The translations under genes were made by a program, and so were the position numbers. The notes below the pieces were generated by a model that saw only the letters and a program-made list of their open reading frames with translations, made no database searches and had not been told where the DNA came from. This document shows positions 1-8,567 of a stretch of DNA of 64,000 bases, one piece after another. The stretch is from Cyanophora paradoxa CCMP329 (Eukaryota; Plantae; Glaucophyta): assembly GCA_004431415.1 (NCBI GenBank), contig QPMI01000047.1:124001-188000 (forward strand). The letters run 5' to 3'. How positions within the stretch are numbered: position 1 is the first letter of the stretch; every line of letters begins with the position of its first letter.

Positions 1-1124
1 TTATCCTTTTTCAGCCAGTAAACAATCGAACCGAATGTGACTCGCTTCCCTTCCACCATTTTCTTGCCTTTGCAAAGGCTCATGAACTTCTCATGACAGT
101 CATCATATTCATATTTTTCGCTTTTCTCCGAGAACTTATGAAATAGCTCTACTTGTTGCTTGCGAGGGATATTGTTGTCTTCGCAAGTATTGATTATAGC
201 AATACCTACGTCGATCCATGTCTTATATTCATTAGCTCGCTCGCCACTGAGGCTCATAATGACTTCTTGCAACAGTTCAAACGAAACCTTATTATCTTTG
301 AGATCCTCCAACACCTCCTCCTTCTTCTTCACAGGTTCTTTACAGGGCTTGTCCTTAACAGACTTGGGCGCCACCGTTTGCTTAGGTTCCTCAGGCTTTG
401 TAGCTTCCTTTGGTTTATCGACCGCAAAGGCTGACATGGTGTCTACTTCCACCCACTTAGTGGGGCGATCGAAACATTGCACCAGGAAAAAACCATCGTG
501 CATGCCTTCTTTCTCGCAATCAATAAACTTAGTGAACACCACATTCTTATCGACATCGTGCTTTGATTTGCTTTGAGCGTCCAAAGCTTCGCCTTTGCAG
601 CAACGGAGGCAGATCAGGTTTTGAGTTGTTCCATAAACGCCACTATCGAATTCGACATTTTTGATGAGACCCATCGCTTTAAAAAGCTTTGGAATGTCTT
701 CGTGGCGGCAGACCAGATCGGTAAATACGAAATGCCCGGAAATCTTGAACTTAGTGACATTCTCTTTGATTAAATGAACCCGGCGATGGCGAACAGCAAC
801 CGCAATTGTAGATCCCGACAGGGTTTGCAATTTCTTGCGCATTTCCCTGATGATCTCTTCGGCTTCCTTATAGTTGTCGGCTACATCAGGTTTCAGATCA
901 ACGAACTTGTCCAGATCCAGATAAACACGAGTCACTTGATCAGGTTGTATGCATTCCGCCCATGTAGGATAGGTCATATTGTCCCGTTTCTTTGAGTTAT
1001 TGATGCGCTCAATAATTTCATCATCGGTTAACTCAACCAAATTAGACGTATTGCGAGAACCAGTCAGACATTTCAGAAAGGTGCCCTTGACATTAGAGAA
1101 TGCGAATTTCGTGATAGCGTCCAT
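1..1124 (-). CDS. AEP primase/PrimPol + PriCT-2 domain, probably the N-terminal part of a D5-like primase-helicase (runs off the window edge)
   Basis: Own translation from ATG 1124: MDAITKFAFSNVKG...TRVYLDLDK (motif I DxD)...KISGHFVF (motif II SxH)...FDSGVYGTTQNL (motif III), Lys/Pro linker, then ERANEYKTWIDVGIAIIN...LFHKFSEKSEKY...VTFGSIVYWLKKD (PriCT-2). No stop before base 1, so absent from the ORF track. Confidence 0.85.
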   Translation of the reverse strand, partial: MDAITKFAFSNVKGTFLKCLTGSRNTSNLVELTDDEIIERINNSKKRDNMTYPTWAECIQPDQVTRVYLDLDKFVDLKPDVADNYKEAEEIIREMRKKLQTLSGSTIAVAVRHRRVHLIKENVTKFKISGHFVFTDLVCRHEDIPKLFKAMGLIKNVEFDSGVYGTTQNLICLRCCKGEALDAQSKSKHDVDKNVVFTKFIDCEKEGMHDGFFLVQCFDRPTKWVEVDTMSAFAVDKPKEATKPEEPKQTVAPKSVKDKPCKEPVKKKEEVLEDLKDNKVSFELLQEVIMSLSGERANEYKTWIDVGIAIINTCEDNNIPRKQQVELFHKFSEKSEKYEYDDCHEKFMSLCKGKKMVEGKRVTFGSIVYWLKKD

Positions 1125-1134
1125 CTTCTCTGTT

Positions 1135-1159
1135 TTACTCTAAGCGGAGAAAATATTTT
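1135..1159 (-). promoter_or_regulatory. Conserved viral upstream motif, copy 1 (AAAATATTTTCTCCGCTTAGAGTAA)
   Basis: 24/25 identical to 1576-1600; ends 10 nt upstream of the primase ATG. Confidence 0.6.
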
Positions 1160-1270
1160 TCAGGTTGTTCATTTTTTGCGCATTATCCTTAAATCCCTTT
1201 ACAGTTTTTTCCCGATGATAAAATCGATTAGCATCGGGGCAATCGATAGTATGGTAAGGAGCTTCCCGAT

Positions 1271-1564
1271 TTACATCGGAAAGCCGCACGAAAAATAAGG
1301 AATGCGCTCAGCGGCAATCGAGAGTTTGCGTTTTCTAATACTTACGGGGGCGCCCCGCTTTCCCATATGGCTTCCCTCCTCGGCTTTGCGACGATAATAC
1401 GATTCCAAAGCCATCTTCTTCTTGAATTCGCGATATTCGGGATCCTCGTTATACCGATTCCGCATTTTGATGATTTCACGGATCCGATAATTAAGTCCGT
1501 CGCCTTTCTTCATGTCCTCAGTGACAAGCTTTGCCTCAATATTTACAGCAGCGATGGTGGTCAT
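1271..1564 (-). CDS. Small basic viral hypothetical protein (97 aa)
   Basis: ATG preceded by the conserved motif; RNRYNEDPEYREFKKKMALESYYRRK resembles small charged helical viral proteins. Confidence 0.6.
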   Translation of the reverse strand: MTTIAAVNIEAKLVTEDMKKGDGLNYRIREIIKMRNRYNEDPEYREFKKKMALESYYRRKAEEGSHMGKRGAPVSIRKRKLSIAAERIPYFSCGFPM

Positions 1565-1575
1565 CTTTTCGTTCC

Positions 1576-1600
1576 TTACTATAAGCGGAGAAAATATTTT
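1576..1600 (-). promoter_or_regulatory. Conserved viral upstream motif, copy 2
   Basis: Near-identical to 1135-1159; ends 11 nt upstream of ATG 1564. Confidence 0.6.
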
Positions 1601-1614
1601 ATCAGTCGTATTTC

Positions 1615-1755
1615 CTATTTCTTCTTTAAATCATTTTCTGAGCTGTCATTTTTTGTGATCGAAGCGAGTTCTTCTCTACGTTTTTTAATAGCGACTTCCA
1701 ATGCGTATTGCGCGCGTTTCCTGTATAGGATCGCGTAGAGATCGGGGTCGGGCAT
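1615..1755 (-). CDS. Small viral hypothetical protein (46 aa, MPDPDLYAILYRKRAQYALEVAIKKRREELASITKNDSSENDLKKK)
   Basis: Own translation, below the ORF-track cutoff; tiles between neighbours and has a degenerate motif copy at 1771-1783. Confidence 0.45.
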   Translation of the reverse strand: MPDPDLYAILYRKRAQYALEVAIKKRREELASITKNDSSENDLKKK

Positions 1756-2106
1756 TCGATACTATTTAACGCGAAAATAGTTTCAGCGATCGTATTCGCC
1801 CAAATAAAGCGGATTTATTGGCGGATACGGGGAATCAACGCGAAAATGACCTTCCACGGAATTAGGGCACGAGCGGCGTCTTATATAGGATACTTGCACG
1901 TCTTCTATTGCTGTCTGTGGGACTATATTGGAGTTCGCAGGCACAGGCGAGGGCGATTGAGATCGGGACGATCGTGATTATCACTGTGGTTGGAATATAC
2001 AGATGATCGCCTACCTCCATTATCCTCGTCCGAAATGTCAAACTCTACGGTTGTGTCGCAGCATCCGGACTTACAGTGAGATATGAAATGCAGGTGAAAC
2101 ATCTCA

Positions 2107-2358
2107 ATGCATTGTGTGATGAAATTCATCGACCCTAATATTGCACAACGTATTAAATATTGGAGAAAAGAAAAGGGAATGAGGGTGTTACTTGCTCGCC
2201 TGTTCCCATACGAATTAGTCGACCTTATAATGGTGTTTGTGGAGCCGACCTGTCCCTTTTGCAAGGGAATTCATATTAAGACCCGCTCTAAATACGGGCG
2301 GATTCATTTATGTTTGAACGACTTGCACATTAGAAGCGACGACGCCCACCGAACATAG
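2107..2358 (+). CDS. Small hypothetical protein with CPFC/HLC, possible zinc ribbon
   Basis: ORF track; CxxC motif; only + strand candidate in the left block. Confidence 0.35.
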   Translation: MHCVMKFIDPNIAQRIKYWRKEKGMRVLLARLFPYELVDLIMVFVEPTCPFCKGIHIKTRSKYGRIHLCLNDLHIRSDDAHRT

Positions 2359-2725
2359 ATGACAGATTGGCACCCGGCTGTGCATGCACACCCGATGGGT
2401 TAACGAAACCGCCCGGCTTTGGTGCATTTTCAGCTATGACTGTCTCTTTTCTTTCGACTGTCTGAACATCGGGAACAGTTGCCCGCTTCTTTTCCATTTC
2501 CACGCGAACAGCTTGTTTAATCAGCTTGCGCTGTTTGTATTCCTTAGTGAAATCATCAAAGGCTCGCACAGTAGTGTCGTATGTAGCTAAACGCGCTTCC
2601 AGTGCCCTAAACTTCTCCTCTAATTCCTGACCGACTTTCTCGCCCTTGGTCACATAGACAGATGCCCGCTTTTTAGGGGCTTCCATCGATGCAGGTAAAG
2701 CGGCTGTTGCTTCGGCTTTTACCAC
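2330..2725 (-). CDS. Viral hypothetical coiled-coil protein with basic C-terminus
   Basis: 131-aa ORF with charged helix (ELEEKFRALEARL), ends GGRRRF; non-ATG start in the track, so it may be joined to 2737-3000 by a frameshift. Confidence 0.55.
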   Translation of the reverse strand: MVKAEATAALPASMEAPKKRASVYVTKGEKVGQELEEKFRALEARLATYDTTVRAFDDFTKEYKQRKLIKQAVRVEMEKKRATVPDVQTVERKETVIAENAPKPGGFVNPSGVHAQPGANLSSMFGGRRRF

Positions 2726-2736
2726 CTTATTATCGG

Positions 2737-3000
2737 TTAGCTTTTCGCCTGTGAGCTGTGATTCGGCGAGGATTGATCCGCCAGCTTTCTATCAGTGGAA
2801 TCGACCGGCTCCCGCTTAGCATCCGCCTTTTGAGCACGCTCTGAAACCTTTGTATTCGGGTCAATCAGATCGAAATCTATTTGGTCAGAAGCGGCAGCAC
2901 CACCAGTGCGACCGGCATCCTCCGCAGGATTGATCTTGCCAGCGACAACAGCGCTTTGATCTTCCATTTGGATAGCTTTCCGCGAGTTCTTGGGTGGCAT
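2737..3000 (-). CDS. Viral hypothetical protein (MPPK start)
   Basis: 87-aa ORF directly downstream of the ATPase, with a motif variant at 3011-3024. Confidence 0.55.
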   Translation of the reverse strand: MPPKNSRKAIQMEDQSAVVAGKINPAEDAGRTGGAAASDQIDFDLIDPNTKVSERAQKADAKREPVDSTDRKLADQSSPNHSSQAKS

Positions 3001-3023
3001 TTATCATTATGCGAGAAATTTAT

Positions 3024-3935
3024 TCAAAATTTACCCAATTTCTTTGCAAATTTTGGGCGGCGCTTTTCTTGGTATGCCAGCAATAGATTGGGGTCTTTAA
3101 GTAGGTCGGCTTCGATTATTCTTTTGGTGGATCGCTTTAAGGTGGCGACGTTTCCACTCACAGGTTTCGTTATATCGGTGGTTTGGGGTTGGTCGCCATT
3201 TACCGCGCCCGACGTCGGTTTTACCGACTGTTTACCAGCGGTCTTTATGTCGTCCGCCGCTTTTTTAAAGAAGCGCTTGAATTTATATTCGTCAGGCACC
3301 GGATCCGCTTTGCCCACAGAGAATTCCAGGCTGTATTTCGCATTGTTTACCACGATCACCTGATAGCTGTGACTGTATTCGGTCATCACCTTCTCGAACC
3401 AGCGCTTTTCGTATGGATTAAACTCGTCCTCAGCGCTCTCCATCTCCTTTCTATTGGGCAATGAGAACAGGAATATATATTCGGCGTTTACTCTGAGTGT
3501 CGGCGAGATCTTCGTAAGTTTCTGTGACAAAATCCACACGGACACAAACAGGTGTCTTCCAGCACAAAATAGCTGATTTAGTATAGGCTCACCCTTTCCC
3601 GCCATTGATAAACTCGGATTATCCACGAAATCGTCCAGCACAATTAACAGGTTACCGACTTTCTCCTTTTTCTTGATCCTCTCCTTGCGTTTCTGTAATA
3701 TATTGTCAATCAGCTTATGGTCGAAATCCTCATACAGATACGATGTGACATTATCATATTGATGATTCCAGATCGTGGAGGCGAATATCATCACCGAATC
3801 TATCTTGTCCTCGTTGTGGTAAAGCAGGTATTTCAAAAACACTGACTTCCCAGTTGCAGTTTTGCCCACAAAAACGGCGCGATTCGGAAATTCCAGGCTT
3901 CCCGGGTCAAACTCACTCAGATCTTGTATATCCAT
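3024..3935 (-). CDS. A32-like (FtsK/HerA superfamily) DNA packaging ATPase
   Basis: Walker A AVFVGKTATGKS, Walker B LLIVLDD, GRH arginine motif, WILSQ, PTLRVNAEY; likely start MDIQD at 3935. Confidence 0.92.
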   Translation of the reverse strand: MDIQDLSEFDPGSLEFPNRAVFVGKTATGKSVFLKYLLYHNEDKIDSVMIFASTIWNHQYDNVTSYLYEDFDHKLIDNILQKRKERIKKKEKVGNLLIVLDDFVDNPSLSMAGKGEPILNQLFCAGRHLFVSVWILSQKLTKISPTLRVNAEYIFLFSLPNRKEMESAEDEFNPYEKRWFEKVMTEYSHSYQVIVVNNAKYSLEFSVGKADPVPDEYKFKRFFKKAADDIKTAGKQSVKPTSGAVNGDQPQTTDITKPVSGNVATLKRSTKRIIEADLLKDPNLLLAYQEKRRPKFAKKLGKF

Positions 3936-3984
3936 TTCCCTTATTAGAAAGATATAAAAATTACGAAACGCCACAGCCCTCTAT

Positions 3985-4706
3985 TTACTCAACATCATTG
4001 AGGATCGCTTTATCACCGAGAATTCCTTTGGCTTTTGAGTTGTAGAAAAGTGCAGCCTCCTCCTTTGTGTTGCACACTTTTCTCCACCGCTGTTTCTTAT
4101 ATGAAAAGCATCCTTCCCATTTTCCAGTCGCTGTTTCAGTTACACCACGAAATCCACTTGTATTCAGTGAGTAAAGAGGAGGTTTTGGTTTAATTTCAGG
4201 GTTTACCTCGTTCAAAACAGCAAGATCTCCAAATAGCTCTTTTGCTTTTTGGTTGTAAGCGGCAGCAGCTTCTTCTTTTGTATCAAACGTTCCCAAATTG
4301 TATGGGACACCACTTTTTGAATATTTGCCCTGAACCGACCGGTTCTTTTCTCTTGGAAAACACCTTTGAAACCAGTTTTGTTTCGTTTTCTCATACCTGT
4401 ATTAAATACGCTGTCTTGCGGTGTTAAGAATCTAAGATTACAGCGACGATTATCGAGTTTGTCTCTACTGATATGATCAACAAAGTGCCCTTGTTGATGT
4501 CCGAAAATCCATTTGTGCATGTCGATGTTTTTCTTTACACCAGCAATGTAACCCCATGCATATCCCCGTTGGTTATGGTAATACCACTTGCTTATTTTCA
4601 TGACATGATCATAATCGGCTTCATCTATAAGCGCATACTTGCCCTCGCCATGCTTTCCACACAAAGCGATTCGCCTGATCCCTTCCATTTGTTCGAGATA
4701 CGCCAT
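3985..4706 (-). CDS. HNH endonuclease fused to two AP2 DNA-binding domains (one frameshift near 4315)
   Basis: MHKWIF...VDHISRDKLDNRRCNLR (HNH_3); KTGFKGV..RFRANIQK/SGVPYNLGTFDTKEEAAAAYNQKAKELFG; second AP2 TSGFRGV..KW..NTKEEAALFYNSKA. One extra A in the A5 run fuses the two track ORFs. Confidence 0.9.
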
Positions 4707-4780
4707 TAAATCTTATAATCGTCTTGTCCTTAAATAGACAAAGGATTAAAAATGACATCAAATTTTGCCCGCGACAGTCC

Positions 4781-6229
4781 TCATGCCGTCACGCGAGACA
4801 ATCCATTGGCATTCATCACAAGAATATTGTGGCAATAAGCCGAGATCTGAACACCGACCTTTGTCCAGGTGGCGAGGGGCGTGCCATTTGGTGTGAGCAG
4901 CAGGAAACTTGAAGCTGATTGAGTTAGATCGACGTAGCCAGTCGCCTTCTCACCTTTGAGCGCCGCTTTACCATCGAGAGCAAAGCAGAAGCCAGTGTAA
5001 ATGGGGCGCTTGTTGCTATCGATCCAGTTGGTCATCTTGAATTTATCGGCGAGCTCCATAGCAGCGGATTGCAGCGGGACACCAGTGTTGGAATATAGAT
5101 AATTGTTGTTGTTTAGGACTTGCATAACGACATTATCATCGTAGGCAAGAGTGCGGACAGTAGAGTGCCCTCCGAAATTGTTGCCGAGTGCATTTTCGTC
5201 GCGAACCTTGACAACGAGTGCGTAAACAAGTCCCGAAATTTGAGATAGTGACAGGCGGAGACCGGAGCCGAGAGCTTGACCGGTATAATCCGCAAACTGA
5301 ATATCAGTGTATGGGATGGCGATGCCAGAGGTCTTAACACGAGTAATGATTTCGCCCATCGTTTCCTCATCGATGTTAACAGCATCCATAATAAGACGAG
5401 GGGTCGTCATTTCCAGATTTGCAAGAGCAGGTGTAGGTGTGAGAGCCGCACTATCGAAAATCGCAGTGGCATTAGGGTGAGCTAAGGTCTTAATATTTCC
5501 GAAAGCAGCCGCAACAGCAAGCGTCGTCTCGCCATCAGTAGAATTGGCAGCGGTAATAGCAGCAGTGTTATTCTGAGCGTAAACGCCAGGAACCGCCGCA
5601 GTTTCGAGAAGCGCAGGGGTTTGGAAGTGCACCTCGACCGCGATTTCGGATGGGAGCGCACCGATGGGCACACCAGCATCGAGGAAGCTCGGAATTCGCA
5701 TGGTAAAAATGCCACCGGCTTGGTTGCCGCCCTCTACCTTAGGTCCGAGATGCAGCCCATGCTGCCGCTTCTTTTGGTCGAATTCAGCCGGAGTGTTAGC
5801 CAGGAAAGCGTAATCTACCAGTCGCTCAGCCGGAATAATTTGCTCATACGACCCGTATTTAATGCTGACTCGCTGAACAAACGAGCCAGGAAGCCCGCGG
5901 ACGAATCCAGTGTTGAATAGATCAGCCGAGCAGTCAGCAGAGGTCTTGGCGATGGCAGTCAGCGCCTTCGCCGATGGAATGGTAACTTGGAGGCTAATAC
6001 CATTGCACCAATTGTAGCGAGGGAGGTAGAAGACCACACGAGTGGTAGCACCAGTAGAGGAGAACAGATTGCCGGGATCCGCAATTGGAAGCACCTCCAC
6101 ACGAGAAGGCTTGAATTGTTTGTCCACACCCACGATAAATCCGCGATCCAAAAGCATGCTCTTGTAGTCCTCCGGGGTTTCGAGGACGGATTTGAGCGTG
6201 AGGCGGCTAAGCGAGGTCGTGGGATCCAT
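4781..6229 (-). CDS. Probable major capsid protein (double jelly-roll, PLV type)
   Basis: 482 aa, beta-rich, soluble; position between ATPase and penton-like gene; RVVFYLPR, FVQRVSIKYG, VKTSGIAIPYTD and terminal AYCHNILVM resemble PLV MCP layouts. No diagnostic motif; needs HMM/structure confirmation. Confidence 0.72.
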   Translation of the reverse strand: MDPTTSLSRLTLKSVLETPEDYKSMLLDRGFIVGVDKQFKPSRVEVLPIADPGNLFSSTGATTRVVFYLPRYNWCNGISLQVTIPSAKALTAIAKTSADCSADLFNTGFVRGLPGSFVQRVSIKYGSYEQIIPAERLVDYAFLANTPAEFDQKKRQHGLHLGPKVEGGNQAGGIFTMRIPSFLDAGVPIGALPSEIAVEVHFQTPALLETAAVPGVYAQNNTAAITAANSTDGETTLAVAAAFGNIKTLAHPNATAIFDSAALTPTPALANLEMTTPRLIMDAVNIDEETMGEIITRVKTSGIAIPYTDIQFADYTGQALGSGLRLSLSQISGLVYALVVKVRDENALGNNFGGHSTVRTLAYDDNVVMQVLNNNNYLYSNTGVPLQSAAMELADKFKMTNWIDSNKRPIYTGFCFALDGKAALKGEKATGYVDLTQSASSFLLLTPNGTPLATWTKVGVQISAYCHNILVMNANGLSRVTA

Positions 6230-6262
6230 ATTTCGTTTTTATCTTCCGCTGAGAAATTTATT

Positions 6263-7549
6263 TTAGAAGAACGGATTATTTTTTACAGCCACCCCGCTCA
6301 ACGCATTCGTTAAATTGCCGCAATGCGGGTAGTCCTCATATAGCATTTTCGCGAATCCCTTATTAACAATGCGCTGTAAATCGTCGTCGGGCTCATCCAC
6401 TCCCATAGTGAGTTCCAAAATGAATGTGTGCTCGCAGCTTCCGAGGAAATATCTATAACCGCTCTCTGTCAGAATTTGAACGGTTAAACTATCAAAGGAA
6501 AGGCGGGTGTTAAAGTATTTCGTGAAAGCATCCGCCCCATAATTAATTAGCTCAGCATCCGCATAGGCTGTGCCTTTCGAAATCGGGATCTTAGCGAGGA
6601 ATCCATTAGTAGCCTCGGTGCATGTCGTAAAAAGCGAGCAGTCCGGCTCTGTGATCTTTAAAACTATTGCATTATCCGGTGTATAATCAGGGGCAGTGCC
6701 TCCGGCTATGCCTAAGACCAGAGCCGTCGAATTATAATTGCGGAATGCATCACCAGCTGAGTAAACGACACCACTCCCAGCAAAGGCTGTGTAGCCCGAT
6801 CCGTTGTATTGATCTATCATTATATTCTCTCTGATCGATGTAAACCCGAGAAGAGTCATCGTGCGATAGGCGAGCACCTTTCTTTCATTCGCAGTAGACG
6901 CAGTGGCATTACTCGGACCATATTTCGTGAAAGCTATGTAGACATAATCACTCGAATAAAAGCATATGGCATTTAATGTGCTCTCAAAACGACATCTCAC
7001 CACCGGGTAAAAGGTTCCCCCTGTCGATGCGTAGCTTGGATTAATTTTTGTATCGATCATATCCTTGATGTAGTTGCCAGTTCCATTTTTCGTTAAGATG
7101 TTATCGATTGCAGTTGCAAGGTCGGTTCCAGTCGAGTATGTGCCAGGAGGGATCGTAATTGCTACGTCCCTGTATCGGGTATATCTTCTGAAAGTGTTAA
7201 GGTAATCAGGCGGTATATAGTTGCCTTGGTCGCCGAAATCTATCGCTTTGTATGCTTCGTATATTGCAGTCGCTTGTGTTTCTCTTATTTGCTCAGTGGC
7301 ACCATTGAGCTGTCCACTCGAAAATCGGTAAGGAAATGATATGAAAATTGTATTAGCATCATCGGCTTTCGTCTCCCCGATTTCAGTATAGAATTGAGGG
7401 CTTGGAACCGTGGGAATCGTGTTGGAAAATTCGATCTGTCGCACAGCGATGCTCTTCACATTGTGGTATTGCTTTGGAAGGGTCACCTTATAGGAATGAG
7501 CCGAGCCCTCTGATCGATCACGGCTACTGATGCTGAGATACTCGCGCAT
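6263..7549 (-). CDS. Minor capsid (penton-like single jelly-roll) protein 1 with large insertion
   Basis: N-term YLSISSRDR..SYKVTLPKQYHNVKSIAVRQIEFSNT; ITIPPGTYS; C-term FLAKIPI..FDSLTVQILTESG..EHTFILEL, the usual PLV/NCLDV penton pattern. Confidence 0.8.
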   Translation of the reverse strand: MREYLSISSRDRSEGSAHSYKVTLPKQYHNVKSIAVRQIEFSNTIPTVPSPQFYTEIGETKADDANTIFISFPYRFSSGQLNGATEQIRETQATAIYEAYKAIDFGDQGNYIPPDYLNTFRRYTRYRDVAITIPPGTYSTGTDLATAIDNILTKNGTGNYIKDMIDTKINPSYASTGGTFYPVVRCRFESTLNAICFYSSDYVYIAFTKYGPSNATASTANERKVLAYRTMTLLGFTSIRENIMIDQYNGSGYTAFAGSGVVYSAGDAFRNYNSTALVLGIAGGTAPDYTPDNAIVLKITEPDCSLFTTCTEATNGFLAKIPISKGTAYADAELINYGADAFTKYFNTRLSFDSLTVQILTESGYRYFLGSCEHTFILELTMGVDEPDDDLQRIVNKGFAKMLYEDYPHCGNLTNALSGVAVKNNPFF

Positions 7550-7576
7550 TTTATTCTTTATTAATAGGAAATAAAA

Positions 7577-8549
7577 ATGATTCGGAAGCCAGTTAACGAT
7601 TTCTATAATGGCAAGTTTACGAGGTCAATGTTAATATCGATTCTATTGAGCGCAGTGCAGGGCACCCGGGAGAATATACAGTAAAGCTTTCTCAGCGACT
7701 TCTGAACGTAAAAGGGTGCGCATTGCGAGCGCCGAGCTCCCAAACACGATTTATGCTGTCACCGATAATTCCAGAGGCGTGACCATACAGGGAATGACGA
7801 ACAGCATCACCTTTTCCCCTTTCCCTGATATTGGGAACTACACCCCCGCGATTTGGGGATATGGTAATAAGAACTTAGGCTACTCGGGCAGCTTTGTCGA
7901 TGTAAACCCTCTCACAAGCGAAAGCGTCACAGTCTACTACAAGTGGCTCTATAATCCAGCGACTATGAAAATTACGTTTTATTCGAGCATTCCCCTCGCA
8001 CTGAGCTGTGCACATGACGACTTTGCAAGGTTCCATGGAATGATCAAAGGGGATATGTATCAAACAATTCCAGTTGGTGAGGGTTCAGAGCATCTCACGG
8101 TAGACTATTTACCCCTCACACCCAGCAATCCAAAATACTCATTTCTACAAGCCTATGAGGGCAAAACAAAATACCCCGCCGGAATATCTGTGCTTCCATT
8201 CCCTCTCGAACATGTAGTGACCTTCCCGAATGCGATTAATCTAAATCCGACCCCCTATGTTTACCTACAAATTAAAGAGTTTACGCCCTTTTACGACAGG
8301 TATATGGTGGCAGCAAAGACAGATGAGGGCGGAAATGCAAACCTCGCTAAGATCCCACTAACCAGCCCCTTGGGATCGTTTGTTTACTACCTGACATTCC
8401 GCAGAATCGATACTGTGGAGTTCTTTAATTCCCACGATCAGGCTTATGATATAGACACGCTCACAATTAAATGGCTCGACGCCTACAATAATGTAGTCAA
8501 CTTTAATGGCGTTAATCACAGCTTTATATTAGAGGTGCTATCGGGTTAA
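7577..8549 (+). CDS. Minor capsid (penton-like) protein 2; two 1-nt frameshifts near the 5' end
   Basis: Restoring one A near 7613 and one near 7712 gives MIRKP..VNIDSIERSAGHPGEYTVKLSQRLLNVKRVRIASAELPNT; C-term PYVYLQI..LAKIPL..IDTLTIKWLDAYNNVVNFNGVNHSFILEV. Confidence 0.8.
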
Positions 8550-8567
8550 AATAATCTTATATTACAA

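Noticed and set aside
153-995. Four + strand ORFs in the track
   Set aside because: Antisense shadows of the minus-strand primase frame.
1923-2264. 113-aa minus-strand ORF
   Set aside because: Overlaps the + strand 2107-2358 candidate, lacks the upstream motif and has no recognisable features.
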